Positions 7,754 through 17,801 of a DNA stretch of 27,120 nucleotides are shown in pieces. Positions within the stretch are counted from its first letter, which is position 1; the number at the start of each line of letters is the position of its first letter. Both the position numbers and the translations under genes were made by a program. The stretch is from positions 1 to 27,120 of the forward strand of contig JBBSJT010000019.1 in the NCBI GenBank assembly GCA_038257035.1, given 5' to 3'. The notes under the pieces are model-generated. The model saw only the letters and a program-made list of their open reading frames with translations. It searched no databases and had not been told where the DNA came from. This stretch comes from Chlamydiia bacterium (GTDB taxonomy: Bacteria > Chlamydiota > Chlamydiia > Chlamydiales > Parachlamydiaceae).

Positions 7754-8827
7754 ATGTTAACATTACAAGATATACAAAAGAGTTTAGGAAAAGAGGATGA
7801 ATCCCTCTTAACACATGTGTGCACAAAGATTCCAAAAGATAAACTTTACCTTCCAAGTAGCCATTGGCTTGAAGATGTGCACACATTTAGCGATAGATCC
7901 ATTCCTGTATTAAATAATTTAAACAGACTCTTTATGTCAGGTAGATTAAGTGGCACAGGCTACCTTTCCATTTTGCCCGTTGATCAGGGAATAGAGCATT
8001 CTGCAGGCGCATCATTTGCACCAAATCCTGATTATTTTGACCCGGAAAACATTATAAAATTAGCAATTGAAGGTGGTTGCAATGCTGTTGCTTCAACACT
8101 TGGCGTTTTAGGAAATGTAGCCCGGAAATATGCTCATAGAATTCCTTTTATTATGAAACTCAATCATAATGAATTACTAACTTACCCTAATCATTACGAT
8201 CAGATAGCTTTTGCAAGTGTGAAACAGGCCTTTGACATGGGAGCTTGTGCCGTTGGTGCAACCATATATTTTGGATCAGAGGAAAGTACAAGACAAATAA
8301 GCGAAATAAGTGAGGCTTTTTCAAAAGCACATGAACTTGGTATGGCAACGATTTTATGGTGCTACCTTAGAAATTCCGCTTTTAAAGTAGGAGATATCGA
8401 CTACCATGAAAGTGCAGATTTAACAGGTCAGGCCAATCATCTGGGTGCAACAATTGGCGCTGACATTATTAAACAGAAAATGCCAATTAATAATGGGGGT
8501 TATAAAGCTTTGAATCAAGGAGGGAAAAGTTATGGTAAATTCAACGAAAAAATGTACACTGATCTTGTCAGCCTAAATCCCATTGATTTATGCAGATATC
8601 AAGTATTAAACAATTATTCCGGTCGTCTTGGTCTGATAAATTCAGGCGGAGCTTCAGGGAAAAGCGATTTGGCAGACTCCATTCGTTTGGCAGTCATTAA
8701 TAAGCGCGCGGGTGGAATGGGATTAATTAGTGGAAGAAAAACATTTCAATGCCCACTAAAAGAAGGAGTTTCCATTTTTCATGCAATTCAAGATGTTTAC
8801 CTCAATAAGGAAGTAACCATCGCCTAA
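7754..8827 (+). CDS. fbaB: Class I fructose-bisphosphate aldolase (DhnA type)
   Basis: Motifs [36 protein letters not shown] and [12 protein letters not shown]. Confidence 0.95.
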   Translation: MLTLQDIQKSLGKEDESLLTHVCTKIPKDKLYLPSSHWLEDVHTFSDRSIPVLNNLNRLFMSGRLSGTGYLSILPVDQGIEHSAGASFAPNPDYFDPENIIKLAIEGGCNAVASTLGVLGNVARKYAHRIPFIMKLNHNELLTYPNHYDQIAFASVKQAFDMGACAVGATIYFGSEESTRQISEISEAFSKAHELGMATILWCYLRNSAFKVGDIDYHESADLTGQANHLGATIGADIIKQKMPINNGGYKALNQGGKSYGKFNEKMYTDLVSLNPIDLCRYQVLNNYSGRLGLINSGGASGKSDLADSIRLAVINKRAGGMGLISGRKTFQCPLKEGVSIFHAIQDVYLNKEVTIA

Positions 8828-8848
8828 CGATAAAATATAAAAATTTTA

Positions 8849-8972
8849 GATTTTTTACCAGTGAGTCAGTGAGAAATACATGAGGCCAGTGAGATTACTG
8901 ATTTCCATAACTTCTCACTGATCAACTACTCACTGATCTCATGCCTTTCTCACTGCCTCACTGGTAAAAAAT
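8849..8972. repeat. Palindromic element, type B copy 2
   Basis: Arms attttttaccagtgagtcagtgagaaa and tttctcactgcctcactggtaaaaaat. An extra ctcactgatc unit is present in the right arm. Confidence 0.88.
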
Positions 8973-9236
8973 ATTATCGATATAATTTAATGAGACAAGT
9001 AATTTTCATTGGAGTAGTACAAGTCTAAATCGCTAGTCAATTAGATTAACTACACAATAAAATATTTTGCCTTATCTAGTCTTCTTACCTGCCTGATTCC
9101 TATAGCCTTGCTCCTTGTAAAAAAACATTACTCTATAAATCCCCAGTATAACGTCAAGTTTTTCTTTTTTTTACTATCTTTAATTGATTAGACATGCTAT
9201 CATCACTGTTTTACACTTAACAAAAGTTAATTAATT

Positions 9237-10520
9237 ATGAATTTTAAAGATTTAGATTTGAATGAAGGGATCATAAAGGCTGTTGAGGAGTTAGGCTTTA
9301 CACAAGCTACACCTATACAAGCAGAAGCGATTCCAATGATTCTTAGCGGTTGCGATTTACGCGCTTCTGCACAAACAGGAACAGGAAAAACTGCTGCCTT
9401 TATTTTGCCTGCATTGCAAAAGCTAAGCGTGGCACCCACTGTAAAATCGCAAGGCCCGCGTATCCTAATTTTAGTTCCAACTCGCGAACTTGCAATGCAA
9501 GTTGCCGCTGAAGCAGTTAAATTTAGTAAGCATCTAGCACGCGTTAAAACAGTTTGTATTTATGGCGGAGCTCCTTACCCTATTCAAAACCGTGACTTAT
9601 CTCGTCCGTTTGAAATTTTAGTGGCAACACCTGGTCGCTTAATTGACCATATGGAAAGAGGACGTATCGATTTTTCAAGACTTGAAATGTTGATTCTTGA
9701 TGAAGCAGATAGAATGTTAGACATGGGCTTCATTGAACCTGTTGAACAAATTGCAAAAGCAACACCTAAGACACGTCAAACACTTATGTTTTCTGCGACG
9801 CTTAAAGGATCTGTGTTAGAGCTATCTAACCGTCTTTTAACAAAGCCAAAAGAAATCAATGTCGCTCACGATATGCAAAAAACAGAAAATATCGAAGAGC
9901 GCCTTCTTCTTGTTGACAATCTAAACCATAAACATCGTTTATTAGAAGAATTGCTTGTTGGTCCGGAAACTAACCAAACAATCGTCTTCACTTCAACAAA
10001 AAGAAATGCAGATCTTTTAGTCGATATGCTTCTAGATATCGGACATCGTGCAGCTCCTCTTCATGGTGATATGAATCAGCGTCAAAGAAGCCGTACAATT
10101 GAATCTTTAAGAAAAGGAACCGTTCGCGTTCTAGTTGCAACTGATGTTGCTGCGCGTGGTATTGATGTTTTATCAATTACACATGTTATTAACTTTGATC
10201 TACCGCAAACAGCAGAAGATTACGTTCATAGAATTGGAAGAACAGGAAGAGCCGGCCAAACAGGTATCGCTATTTCTTTCGCTTCTCAAAAAGAAACACA
10301 TCTTGTGCGTAACATCGAACGTTTTACATCTAGAAAACTAGCTGTACATACAGTTCCTGGTATGGAGCCTCAAGCGCGTGAACAAAGACCAAGAGAGTCT
10401 CAGTTCAGAAACAATGGTCCAAGAAGAACATCAACTTCTAATCAAAGACCAAATAATGGACCGAACAAAAGATCAAACGCTTATAGCCCTGCCGGTTCAA
10501 GACCAAGAAGCGGTTACTAG
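9237..10520 (+). CDS. DEAD-box ATP-dependent RNA helicase
   Basis: Q motif, AQTGTGKT, PTRELA, TPGR, DEAD, SAT and HRIGRTGRAG, with a basic C-terminal tail. Confidence 0.97.
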   Translation: MNFKDLDLNEGIIKAVEELGFTQATPIQAEAIPMILSGCDLRASAQTGTGKTAAFILPALQKLSVAPTVKSQGPRILILVPTRELAMQVAAEAVKFSKHLARVKTVCIYGGAPYPIQNRDLSRPFEILVATPGRLIDHMERGRIDFSRLEMLILDEADRMLDMGFIEPVEQIAKATPKTRQTLMFSATLKGSVLELSNRLLTKPKEINVAHDMQKTENIEERLLLVDNLNHKHRLLEELLVGPETNQTIVFTSTKRNADLLVDMLLDIGHRAAPLHGDMNQRQRSRTIESLRKGTVRVLVATDVAARGIDVLSITHVINFDLPQTAEDYVHRIGRTGRAGQTGIAISFASQKETHLVRNIERFTSRKLAVHTVPGMEPQAREQRPRESQFRNNGPRRTSTSNQRPNNGPNKRSNAYSPAGSRPRSGY

Positions 10521-10555
10521 ACAAAAAATCAGTTTACTACAAGTTAACTAAGATT

Positions 10556-10593
10556 AAAAACTTGGCTTTCAAAAGAAGCCAAGTTTTTTTTTT
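10556..10593 (+). terminator. Intrinsic terminator of the helicase gene, possibly bidirectional
   Basis: aaaaacttggcttt-caaaa-gaagccaag followed by T10. Confidence 0.88.
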
Positions 10594-10643
10594 GCCCTAG
10601 CGTTAGGATGGCTTTTTTACCACCAAGGCCTTTGTTGATGGAT

Positions 10644-10895
10644 TTATACCGTTAGGAGGGATTTTTTTACCGCGAAGGACGCGAAGAAGCGCAAGCTTCG
10701 CTGCGGGAAGAAACGCGAAGAAAGCGCGCTTAAAAGCGCGAGAAGAAAACAAAATAATGACTTTACTGAAGTTTAGAGGTTTATATGCCTTCTTCCATCG
10801 CAGCATGAGCTGCGCTTTTCTTCGCGTTTCTTCCCGCAGCGAAGCTGCGCTTCTTCGCGCTCTTCGCGGTAAAAAAAGCCTCTCTAACGGTATAA
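10644..10895. repeat. Palindromic element, type D copy 1 (CGCGAAG units)
   Basis: Perfect 12-bp termini ttataccgttag/ctaacggtataa enclose long GC-rich arms and an AT-rich loop. Homologous to 20604-20923. Confidence 0.93.
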
Positions 10896-10902
10896 CCAAC
10901 AG

Positions 10903-12192
10903 TTAACTCATTGTAGCCAAAAACTGCAGGATGAGGTCGCGGGTTTTTTCAAGATTGGCTTGTTTATGTGCAGTCGACACAAACCAGGCCTCCATTTGAA
11001 GGGGCGGAACATATACTCCATTACTAAACATAAAACTAAAGAACTGTTTATATTGTAAAGCATTAAGCTTGGAAGCCTCCTCCACATTATCAACCTTTTT
11101 TAAACCAAAAAAGAGTGTAAACATAGAACCTGCTTGCTGAATACAAGCATTGAGGTCATGCGTTTTTATATATTCACTGACAGATTTCGTAATGACATTT
11201 GTTTTCCTTTCCAACTCTTCATAAACATTCGGTTTTTCTAGAAGCTCAAGCGCTTTTAAGCCAGCTTCCATTGCTACAGGATTGCCCGAAAGTGTTCCTG
11301 CCTGATAAACAGACCCTAATGGTGCAAGACAATTCATGATATCGGCTCGTCCCCCAAAAGCTGCCGCCGGAAATCCCCCGCCAATAATTTTTGCAAAACA
11401 CGTTAAGTCAGGAATTATACCATAAAGGCTTTGAGCACCTCCAAGAGCCACCCTAAAACCTGTCATAACCTCATCAAAAATAAGCAATGCCCCTATTCTT
11501 TTTGTTTCTTTAGCAAGCATTTGAATAAACTCATGCGAGGCAGGTACTAGCCCCATGTTGCCTGCAATCGGTTCCAATATAACTGCGGCAATTTGGTTTT
11601 GATATTTTAAGTGGTTGAAAATTTCAAGACAAGCTTGCACATCATTATATGGCAAACAAATTGTCTGTTTAACAATATCGTCAGGAATTCCTGCAGATGA
11701 TGAAGCGTTCAAGGAAGAGACACCGGAACCTGCTTTGACAAGAAAAAAATCTGCATGCCCATGATAATTACCCGAAAATTTTACGATCAAATTTTTTCCT
11801 GTAAATCCTCTTGCCAAGCGAACAGCACTCATTGTAGCTTCTGTTCCGGTTGAAACAAAACGTATCTTTTCAATTGATGGAATTAAATCCACAATTTTTC
11901 GTGCCATTTTTTCTTCAATGGGTGTCGTCATGCCAAAGGTTGTGCCTTTTTCCATTCTGAATTTTGCAGCATTTAAAATTTCAGGATGTGCAGCTCCATG
12001 AATGAGGGCACCCCACGACCCGCAGTAATCGATGTAAGCATTTCCGTCAATATCAATGATTTGATCCTCATAGGCATGATCTGCAACTATCGGAAATTCT
12101 TCAAGGCCCGCAGTTGCCCTGACGGGAGAATTTACGCCACCCGGAATCACTTCACAAAGTTTTTGATAAGTTGCTCTACTTTTCATTCTCAT
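10903..12192 (-). CDS. hemL: Glutamate-1-semialdehyde 2,1-aminomutase
   Basis: Motifs IPGGVNSPVR, GTEATMSAVRLAR, FDEVMTGFR, KIIGGG and YQAGTLSGNP. Confidence 0.97.
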   Translation of the reverse strand: MRMKSRATYQKLCEVIPGGVNSPVRATAGLEEFPIVADHAYEDQIIDIDGNAYIDYCGSWGALIHGAAHPEILNAAKFRMEKGTTFGMTTPIEEKMARKIVDLIPSIEKIRFVSTGTEATMSAVRLARGFTGKNLIVKFSGNYHGHADFFLVKAGSGVSSLNASSSAGIPDDIVKQTICLPYNDVQACLEIFNHLKYQNQIAAVILEPIAGNMGLVPASHEFIQMLAKETKRIGALLIFDEVMTGFRVALGGAQSLYGIIPDLTCFAKIIGGGFPAAAFGGRADIMNCLAPLGSVYQAGTLSGNPVAMEAGLKALELLEKPNVYEELERKTNVITKSVSEYIKTHDLNACIQQAGSMFTLFFGLKKVDNVEEASKLNALQYKQFFSFMFSNGVYVPPLQMEAWFVSTAHKQANLEKTRDLILQFLATMS

Positions 12193-12222
12193 ATTAAACC
12201 TTGAAGTTAAATTGCTTTACAG

Positions 12223-12251
12223 AGAATAAAGCGAATCATCGCTAAAGTCAA
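12223..12251 (-). promoter_or_regulatory. Promoter for hemL
   Basis: Minus strand TTGACT (12251-12246), 17 bp, TATTCT (12228-12223). Confidence 0.6.
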
Positions 12252-12256
12252 TCTGC

Positions 12257-12295
12257 TTTTTTTAACCTCGAGAGATCACATCGAACACGGGAGGG
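12257..12295 (+). repeat. Degenerate solo arm
   Basis: tttttttaacctcgagagatcaca shares the T-tract-NAC start and gagagatcaca with 15882-15910. Confidence 0.4.
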
Positions 12296-12500
12296 CAACA
12301 AGAGTTGCTCACAGAATTCAGAAAACTTTTTAATTTTCAACAAATTATTTATACATTATGATAGAGGCTCTTTGTTTGCAGGAGTGTAATAATGCTTTTT
12401 TTCTTTTCTTATTTGTTATAACCTAATAGATTCCAATTTGAGTTAGAAAAGTTGCAATTTTGCAGCTTAAAAAATATTAAAAAGCGACTAGAAATTGAAA

Positions 12501-13316
12501 ATGATGAATTCGAAAATTACACAATCTATTGCAGCAGTTGGTGATTACGTCACTTTAATTTTTTCTGTTTTATTGGTGATTATTAAAAAACCCCCTCAAT
12601 GGTCCCTGATCAGGGATCAAATGTTTGAAGTTGGAGTTCTATCACTTCCTGTTGTTGCAGTCACAGGCTTTTCCACAGGAATGGTACTTGCTGCCCAAGC
12701 CTACTTTCAATTATCAGATAAAGGCCTTGCAAGTGCTACAGGCCTTATGGTAACAAAAGCGATGCTTGTTGAACTTGGACCTGTATTAACAGCTTTTATG
12801 GTGACAGGAAGAGTCGGAGCTGCAATGTGCGCACAGCTTGGTACAATGAAAGTTACAGAACAAATTGATGCACTCAAATCGATGGCAGTGAATCCTTCTC
12901 GCTATTTAGTGGCCCCAAGATTTATTGCAGGAACCATCACACTCCCCCTTCTAACTGTTTTTAGCTGTATCATGGGCGTGATCGGCGGATATTGTGTAGC
13001 CGTTTTTTATTATGGCATGAGCTCGAGTAGTTTCATAGATCCACTCCCCATCCATATTCGTATTTTTGATTTTTTTAGTGGAATGGCAAAAGCATTCATT
13101 TTTGGAATCATTATCATTACAATCTCATGCTACCGCGGGATGACAACAAGAGGCGGTGCTGCTGGGGTCGGACGCGCCACTACAAATAGCGTAGTGATTT
13201 GTTATTCCGTTATTTTAATTACAAATTTCATATTGACAATTGCTCTAAACAGCTCTTATCAATATATAGAAGACCTAACAACTCATTTTTTTAACTTTGT
13301 CGATTTTAGGTTTTAA
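12501..13316 (+). CDS. mlaE: MlaE family ABC permease
   Basis: ELGPVLTA..VTGRVGAAM.AQLGTMKVTEQIDAL signature. The exact start (12495, 12501 or 12504) is uncertain. Confidence 0.92.
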   Translation: MMNSKITQSIAAVGDYVTLIFSVLLVIIKKPPQWSLIRDQMFEVGVLSLPVVAVTGFSTGMVLAAQAYFQLSDKGLASATGLMVTKAMLVELGPVLTAFMVTGRVGAAMCAQLGTMKVTEQIDALKSMAVNPSRYLVAPRFIAGTITLPLLTVFSCIMGVIGGYCVAVFYYGMSSSSFIDPLPIHIRIFDFFSGMAKAFIFGIIIITISCYRGMTTRGGAAGVGRATTNSVVICYSVILITNFILTIALNSSYQYIEDLTTHFFNFVDFRF

Positions 13317-13320
13317 TTCT

Positions 13321-14076
13321 ATGGAAGAGCGCGTCAAAAAAATTATTGTTCATGATGTATGGAAAAGTTTCGGCGATGTCCATGTATTAAAAGGCTTAAG
13401 TTTAGATATTTATGAAGGTGAGACTCTAGTCATACTTGGAAGGAGCGGTGTTGGCAAAAGCGTGCTTCTTCGCCAAATCATGGGAATCGAAAAACCTGAT
13501 AAAGGCTATATCGAAGTTTCAGGAAAAAGAATTTCGAGCATGACTGAAAATCAAGTCTATAAATCCATTCTTGATATGGGGATGCTTTTTCAAGGAGCTG
13601 CCCTTTTTGATTCGCTGACTGTCTTTGAAAATACGGCATTTCATTTAAGGCAGCATGGAGAAGCTATTCCTGAGCGTAAGATTAAAGAACGGGTTGAAAA
13701 TGCACTTTCCATGGTTGGATTAGAAGGAACCGGAAACAAAATGCCTTCTGATTTATCAGGTGGTATGCGAAAACGCGCAGGTCTTGCACGACTCATCGTT
13801 TACAATCCAACAGTTATTTTGTATGATGAACCAACAACTGGACTTGATCCAATTACAGCGGCTCAAATCAATGACCTGATAGTCCAAACACAAAAAGAGT
13901 TAAAATCGACAAGTATTGTTGTCACGCATGACATACGCACTGCAATGACTGTCGGAGATCGCCTTGCTTTTCATCACAATGGAAAGATTATTCAAATTGC
14001 CCCGAAAAAAGAATTTTTGAAGATCGAAGATGATCTACTTCATCAATTTTTTGAAAACGCCACTTTAAGATACTAG
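13321..14076 (+). CDS. mlaF: MlaF family ABC ATPase
   Basis: Motifs GRSGVGKS, FQGAALFDS, LSGGMRKR and YDEPTTGLDP. Lies between mlaE and mlaD. Confidence 0.92.
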   Translation: MEERVKKIIVHDVWKSFGDVHVLKGLSLDIYEGETLVILGRSGVGKSVLLRQIMGIEKPDKGYIEVSGKRISSMTENQVYKSILDMGMLFQGAALFDSLTVFENTAFHLRQHGEAIPERKIKERVENALSMVGLEGTGNKMPSDLSGGMRKRAGLARLIVYNPTVILYDEPTTGLDPITAAQINDLIVQTQKELKSTSIVVTHDIRTAMTVGDRLAFHHNGKIIQIAPKKEFLKIEDDLLHQFFENATLRY

Positions 14077-14097
14077 TATTATGGAGAAAAAAGAAGA

Positions 14098-15309
14098 ATG
14101 ATTGACCAAGCAAAAAATTTTATGATCGGGCTATTTGTTATTGCAGCCATTTCAATCGTCATTTTTATTTTATTATTTTTGCATCCCTCAATTGGAGATG
14201 AAAAGGTTGTTTTACGCGTACGCTTTGCCGATATTGATAAAGTTACAGTCGGCACACGAGTTACCTTTGCAGGTATGCCTATTGGTGAAGTCGTTTCCAT
14301 CAAAGAAGTAGAAAATGTGGAAGAAAACCGCATCGGAAGAGACGGTAGAGTGTATGTCTATGAACTGATTTTAAGAGTAGATTCAAGCATTAATGTATTT
14401 AATACTGATGAAATTGCTTCGAAAACTTCAGGTCTTCTTGGGGAAAAATCTGTCGTAATCACGCCCTTGCCAAAACAGCCTGGCATCACTGCCCCTGTGA
14501 CGAAAACAGATATTCTTTATGCCAATGAAACGGGCGGTGTTGATGATGCTGTAAAAGAAGTAAGAATGGTAAGTGAAAAACTTGGAATAGCCCTGGATGC
14601 CATCACTGAAACCTTTACTAGTATCAACAATGAAAAATTATTTGATAAATTAAGTAGTACGGCCGACAACTTGCAAAGTATCACTGCTGCTTTAAACAAA
14701 CCGGACCAATGGTCTGAAATGTTGGAAAACTTCCATCTTCTTTCAGAAAAAATGAATGCCTCTTGGAGAACTGTCGATCTATCTTTAAAAAATGTTGCAA
14801 GAGCTACTGCCAACGCTCGTGACTTAACAAAAGACAGTGCACAAATTATTGCAGATGTTAAAGCAGGAGAAGGAACAATCGGCAGTCTTTTAAGAAAAGA
14901 TGACTTATATCTTAAAATTAATGCCCTGTTAAGTAAGGCTGAAGTTACCCTAAATGATATTGATCACTATGGATTGCTTTACCACACAGATAAAGGTTGG
15001 CAGCGGCTTCGCGCCCGCCGCATGAATCTTTTATACAAACTCAAAACCCCTCAGGAATTCCGTAACTTTTTTAACGATGAAGTTGACCAAATTTCTACAT
15101 CCCTATCCCGTGTAAATATTGCTTTAGAAGAATCAAGCTCTAACTATTACCCTTGCGGTCTGATGCAAAATGGGGATTTTACAAAAGTTTTTGCTGAGTT
15201 ACTATCTCGTGTTAAAGGGCTTGAAGAAAATCTGCAACTTTATAATCGACAGATTGGCGATGAATCTTGTAAATTAACAGAAATCAACACCTCAGAATGC
15301 AAGGATTAA
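14098..15309 (+). CDS. mlaD: MlaD/MCE family protein with a long helical C-terminus
   Basis: N-terminal TM helix, then MCE motifs [11 protein letters not shown] and GLLGEKSV. Confidence 0.85.
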   Translation: MIDQAKNFMIGLFVIAAISIVIFILLFLHPSIGDEKVVLRVRFADIDKVTVGTRVTFAGMPIGEVVSIKEVENVEENRIGRDGRVYVYELILRVDSSINVFNTDEIASKTSGLLGEKSVVITPLPKQPGITAPVTKTDILYANETGGVDDAVKEVRMVSEKLGIALDAITETFTSINNEKLFDKLSSTADNLQSITAALNKPDQWSEMLENFHLLSEKMNASWRTVDLSLKNVARATANARDLTKDSAQIIADVKAGEGTIGSLLRKDDLYLKINALLSKAEVTLNDIDHYGLLYHTDKGWQRLRARRMNLLYKLKTPQEFRNFFNDEVDQISTSLSRVNIALEESSSNYYPCGLMQNGDFTKVFAELLSRVKGLEENLQLYNRQIGDESCKLTEINTSECKD

Positions 15310-15313
15310 AAAT

Positions 15314-15883
15314 ATGGAAAATATGCCTTACTCGCAAATTCAAAAAGGGACGTTTCTTGTAGCAACCCCAGACATTGAAGGCAGCATTTTTTTTAGAAGT
15401 GTTCTTTTAATCTGTGAACATAACGAGAATGGATCTTTTGGCTTGGTCATCAATAAAAGCATAGAGCTCGAATTACCGGAAGAAGTTTTGAATATGAAAA
15501 ACCTTGAAAATCCACAAGTTAGAATACTTTCCGGTGGACCCATCCAAACAAATCAAATGATGCTTTTGCATACTTCAGATACCATTTCCAAGCAAACTTT
15601 AAAGATTTGTGATGATGTTTATTTGGGTGGGGATTTAGCGTTTTTACAAGAAGCTCTAACCGACAAATCAGGTCCTCAAGTTAATCTTTGTTTTGGTTAT
15701 TCAGGATGGGGTGCAACTCAGCTTGAAAGAGAATTTCTAGATGGCCACTGGTTCATATATCCTGCCTCAAAGCAGCTTATCTTCGATACTCCGATCGATA
15801 AGCTCTGGCAGACCATTTTAAGAGAAATGGGTGGCAAATATGCTTCACTTTCGATGATCCCCGAGGACCTCTCACTAAACTGA
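15314..15883 (+). CDS. yqgE: YqgE/AlgH (UPF0301) family protein
   Basis: Motifs [20 protein letters not shown] and GYSGW...QLERE. Confidence 0.92.
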   Translation: MENMPYSQIQKGTFLVATPDIEGSIFFRSVLLICEHNENGSFGLVINKSIELELPEEVLNMKNLENPQVRILSGGPIQTNQMMLLHTSDTISKQTLKICDDVYLGGDLAFLQEALTDKSGPQVNLCFGYSGWGATQLEREFLDGHWFIYPASKQLIFDTPIDKLWQTILREMGGKYASLSMIPEDLSLN

Positions 15884-15922
15884 TTTTTTGACAAGAGAGA
15901 TCACAGAGAAATGGCAGAGAAG
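15882..15922 (+). repeat. Degenerate solo arm overlapping the yqgE stop codon
   Basis: ctgattttttgacaagagagatcacagagaa begins with the same CTGATTTTTT lead-in as types A and B1. Confidence 0.45.
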
Positions 15923-15962
15923 AAATCATATTATAATAGTTTCGTAAAATCCTGCTCTTATT

Positions 15963-16092
15963 TTTTTTACAGGATATGCACGATCGCTGCGCGGCACGAT
16001 AAGCAGGATAATATCAATCTCCTGTATTACTTAAGGTTGATATTATCCTGCTTATCGTGCCGCGCAAGCGATCATGCATATCCTGTAAAAAA
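15963..16092. repeat. Palindromic element, type C copy 2
   Basis: Near-identical to 2181-2311 and self-complementary. Confidence 0.95.
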
Positions 16093-16125
16093 TCGAAAAT
16101 GTTATAGATTGTAGAGTTTCTAGTT

Positions 16126-16962
16126 TCATTTTGGAATAACAGATACTGTGGATGAGGTTAGTGCGGAGGCCATGCCGAGATCGGACCATCCGATGTCATC
16201 ACTTTTATTATGAAAAAAAAGACCAACATTTCCATTTGGTGCGTGTTCGCCAAAGGCACCAACGAGTATACGACATCCTCTTGCTTTTTCCTGCACGCGT
16301 GTGTATGTCCGAAGCGTAAACCTACGTATTGATGAATCAGGAAAGATAAATTGCCCAGTTTGCAAATGATGCATGTAAATAGTAACAACAACGTCTATGA
16401 GGTAAGGAACTTCAAAACCTTTTGCTTTTACAAGTTGTTCTTGAAGTTCTAATTTTATTCCTCTCGTTCCTTTAAATAACCCTTTAGACAATAATACCCA
16501 ATGAGTTTTAAATTGTATTGCAGTCCCTTCAGTGATACCGGAGTCATTAAAAGCGTAATAATTAGTCTGGAAAGCATCTTTGTCATTTTTACAGTTGCTG
16601 ACAAAGCGGTCAAAACTACTTAACGTAAGAAGTTCATCATTAATCGTTTCTGGAATTAACGTTAAAGTATACATTTTAGGATCAAAGCCATACATTTTTA
16701 AAGGAATTGGGGGTTCTTCCCCTGGATCCCCATTACGCTTTATCCATTCTGCTTTATCAAAACGCATTTCAGGTTTGTTATTTTTAGCATAAGTCAATGT
16801 TAAAAGTTCAAAATGCCGGCTTACACAAGCCATTCGGACTAAATAGGATTCACTATAGTGTAATATTTCATTCCAGACATCTTCCGGTAATACAGGTATC
16901 GTTACTTCTGTTGGTTGTCGATAGACTGGGGCTCCATCCATCAAAGAATGACTTCGTTTCAT
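16126..16962 (-). CDS. F-box-like protein (putative effector), paralogue 2
   Basis: F-box pattern LPEDVWNEILHY...RMACVSRHF. AAGGAG SD. Colinear with the 16973-17722 product. Confidence 0.8.
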   Translation of the reverse strand: MKRSHSLMDGAPVYRQPTEVTIPVLPEDVWNEILHYSESYLVRMACVSRHFELLTLTYAKNNKPEMRFDKAEWIKRNGDPGEEPPIPLKMYGFDPKMYTLTLIPETINDELLTLSSFDRFVSNCKNDKDAFQTNYYAFNDSGITEGTAIQFKTHWVLLSKGLFKGTRGIKLELQEQLVKAKGFEVPYLIDVVVTIYMHHLQTGQFIFPDSSIRRFTLRTYTRVQEKARGCRILVGAFGEHAPNGNVGLFFHNKSDDIGWSDLGMASALTSSTVSVIPK

Positions 16963-16972
16963 TTAAAACTCC

Positions 16973-17722
16973 TTAAGATGTGGTTAGAGCGCAGGACATG
17001 CCATCAACTTCACATGCGTAGTCCTCTTTGGCGTTCATAATAAGACCATATTTCCCCGAATAGCTACCGACAGTTATAGGCCAACCAATTGCATCTTTTT
17101 CTTGCACAAGAGTGAAAGTAGTAGCGCCAGTTTTATCGAATATTCTTAAAATACACTTACCGGTTTTCAAATGATGCATAAAAATAGTTACGATGACATC
17201 TATTAAACAGGGAACTTCAAACCCTGCTTCCTTAATTAATCTTTCTTGTGCATAAAATTTCTTTTGGCGAGTCCCAGTCAACACCTCTTTCGATAATAAT
17301 ACCCAGTGGGTTTTAACTTTTTTTGCAATGTTATCATTGACCCGATGGTTTTCATGATTAAATCTATAGTTGGATATGAAGGTATCCTTACCATTTTTAC
17401 AGTCGCTAACAAACCGATCAAGACTACTTAAAGTAAGTGGTTGATCAATGATCATTTCAGGAACTAATGTGAGTAGGTATTTTCGAGGATCAAAATTACG
17501 CATATTTAAAGGAATTGGCGGTTCCTTACCCAGATCAACACCCCGCTTTAACCAATCCTCTTTGCCAAAACAATTAAAATAGATAAGAGTTAAGTTTTCG
17601 AATTCCCTATTTAGGCAAGCCATAACTTTCAAGTTGGCAGGTTCTATATGAGATATAATTTCATTCCACATTTCTAATGGTAAGTCTGGAAGCGTTTCCA
17701 TTATAGAATGAGTTCGCTTCAT
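16973..17722 (-). CDS. F-box-like protein (putative effector), paralogue 1
   Basis: F-box pattern LPDLPLEMWNEIISHI...MACLNREF. AAGGAG SD. Confidence 0.8.
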   Translation of the reverse strand: MKRTHSIMETLPDLPLEMWNEIISHIEPANLKVMACLNREFENLTLIYFNCFGKEDWLKRGVDLGKEPPIPLNMRNFDPRKYLLTLVPEMIIDQPLTLSSLDRFVSDCKNGKDTFISNYRFNHENHRVNDNIAKKVKTHWVLLSKEVLTGTRQKKFYAQERLIKEAGFEVPCLIDVIVTIFMHHLKTGKCILRIFDKTGATTFTLVQEKDAIGWPITVGSYSGKYGLIMNAKEDYACEVDGMSCALTTS

Positions 17723-17801
17723 TTAAAAACTCCTTTTTATAGAGAATTATACATTATTATACAATTTATCTAAATCACATTAATTTAATGATTATGACAA
17801 T

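Noticed and set aside
10644..10895. Integron attC interpretation of the GTTAG/CTAAC ends
   Set aside because: The order is GTT...AAC, the reverse of attC (RYYYAAC...GTTRRRY). The flanking genes are core genes and no integrase is present.
10603..10899. 98-aa Arg-rich ORF similar to the ORF at 20617-20952
   Set aside because: Both are translations of type D elements. Similarity is confined to the first arm, the second arm is read in different frames, and there is no convincing RBS.
15911..16114. 67-aa ORF
   Set aside because: It runs through palindrome C2 and has no protein features.
16126..16300. Diversity-generating retroelement target (variable C-terminus followed by a hairpin)
   Set aside because: No reverse transcriptase or template repeat was found in the window, and the hairpin also occurs at an unrelated locus.
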